64,000 bases of DNA, taken from positions 8,062,001 to 8,126,000 of the forward strand of contig NC_058369.1 of assembly GCF_018350175.1 (NCBI RefSeq), read 5' to 3'. The position numbers and the translations under genes are program-made. Every line of letters begins with the position of its first letter. The first letter of the stretch is position 1. Source of the stretch: Felis catus. Lineage: Eukaryota. Shown here piece by piece: positions 63,959 to 64,000 of the stretch. The notes under the pieces are model-generated. The model was not told where the DNA came from. It was given only the letters and a program-made list of their open reading frames with translations, and made no database searches.

Positions 63959-64000
63959 TTCTCACTTGTCTTTAAAGCACAGTTTGTGGGTTTCGTCTTC

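Overview
Mammalian genomic DNA from a cat-family (felid) species, judged from about 52 tRNA-derived Can-SINEs of the SINEC_Fc type. Two spliced genes lie in tandem on the + strand. The first is the 3' part of QTRT1 (queuine tRNA-ribosyltransferase catalytic subunit): eight coding exons, the first cut by the window edge, with the stop at 6524-6526. The second is the 5' part of DNM2 (dynamin-2): a CpG-island promoter and coding exons 1-5 covering GTPase motifs G1-G4, continuing past the window end. This matches the known mammalian QTRT1-DNM2 synteny. The rest is intron with SINEs, L1 fragments, a MER21-like solo LTR, MIR/L2 relics and microsatellites. I found no convincing novel protein-coding or prokaryote-type system. 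The best leads are: a probable L1 3'-transduction nested in a layered repeat stack; the MIR638 orthologue with its seed replaced by a CGG run; a QTRT1 exon squeezed between an antisense SINE and a (GT)n tract that forms its donor; a short DNM2 uORF; a geometrically regular CCAAT/ZNF143 promoter; and inverted SINE pairs around in-frame DNM2 exons 3-5. Gene and repeat names come from recalled sequence, not database searches. Repeat boundaries are approximate.
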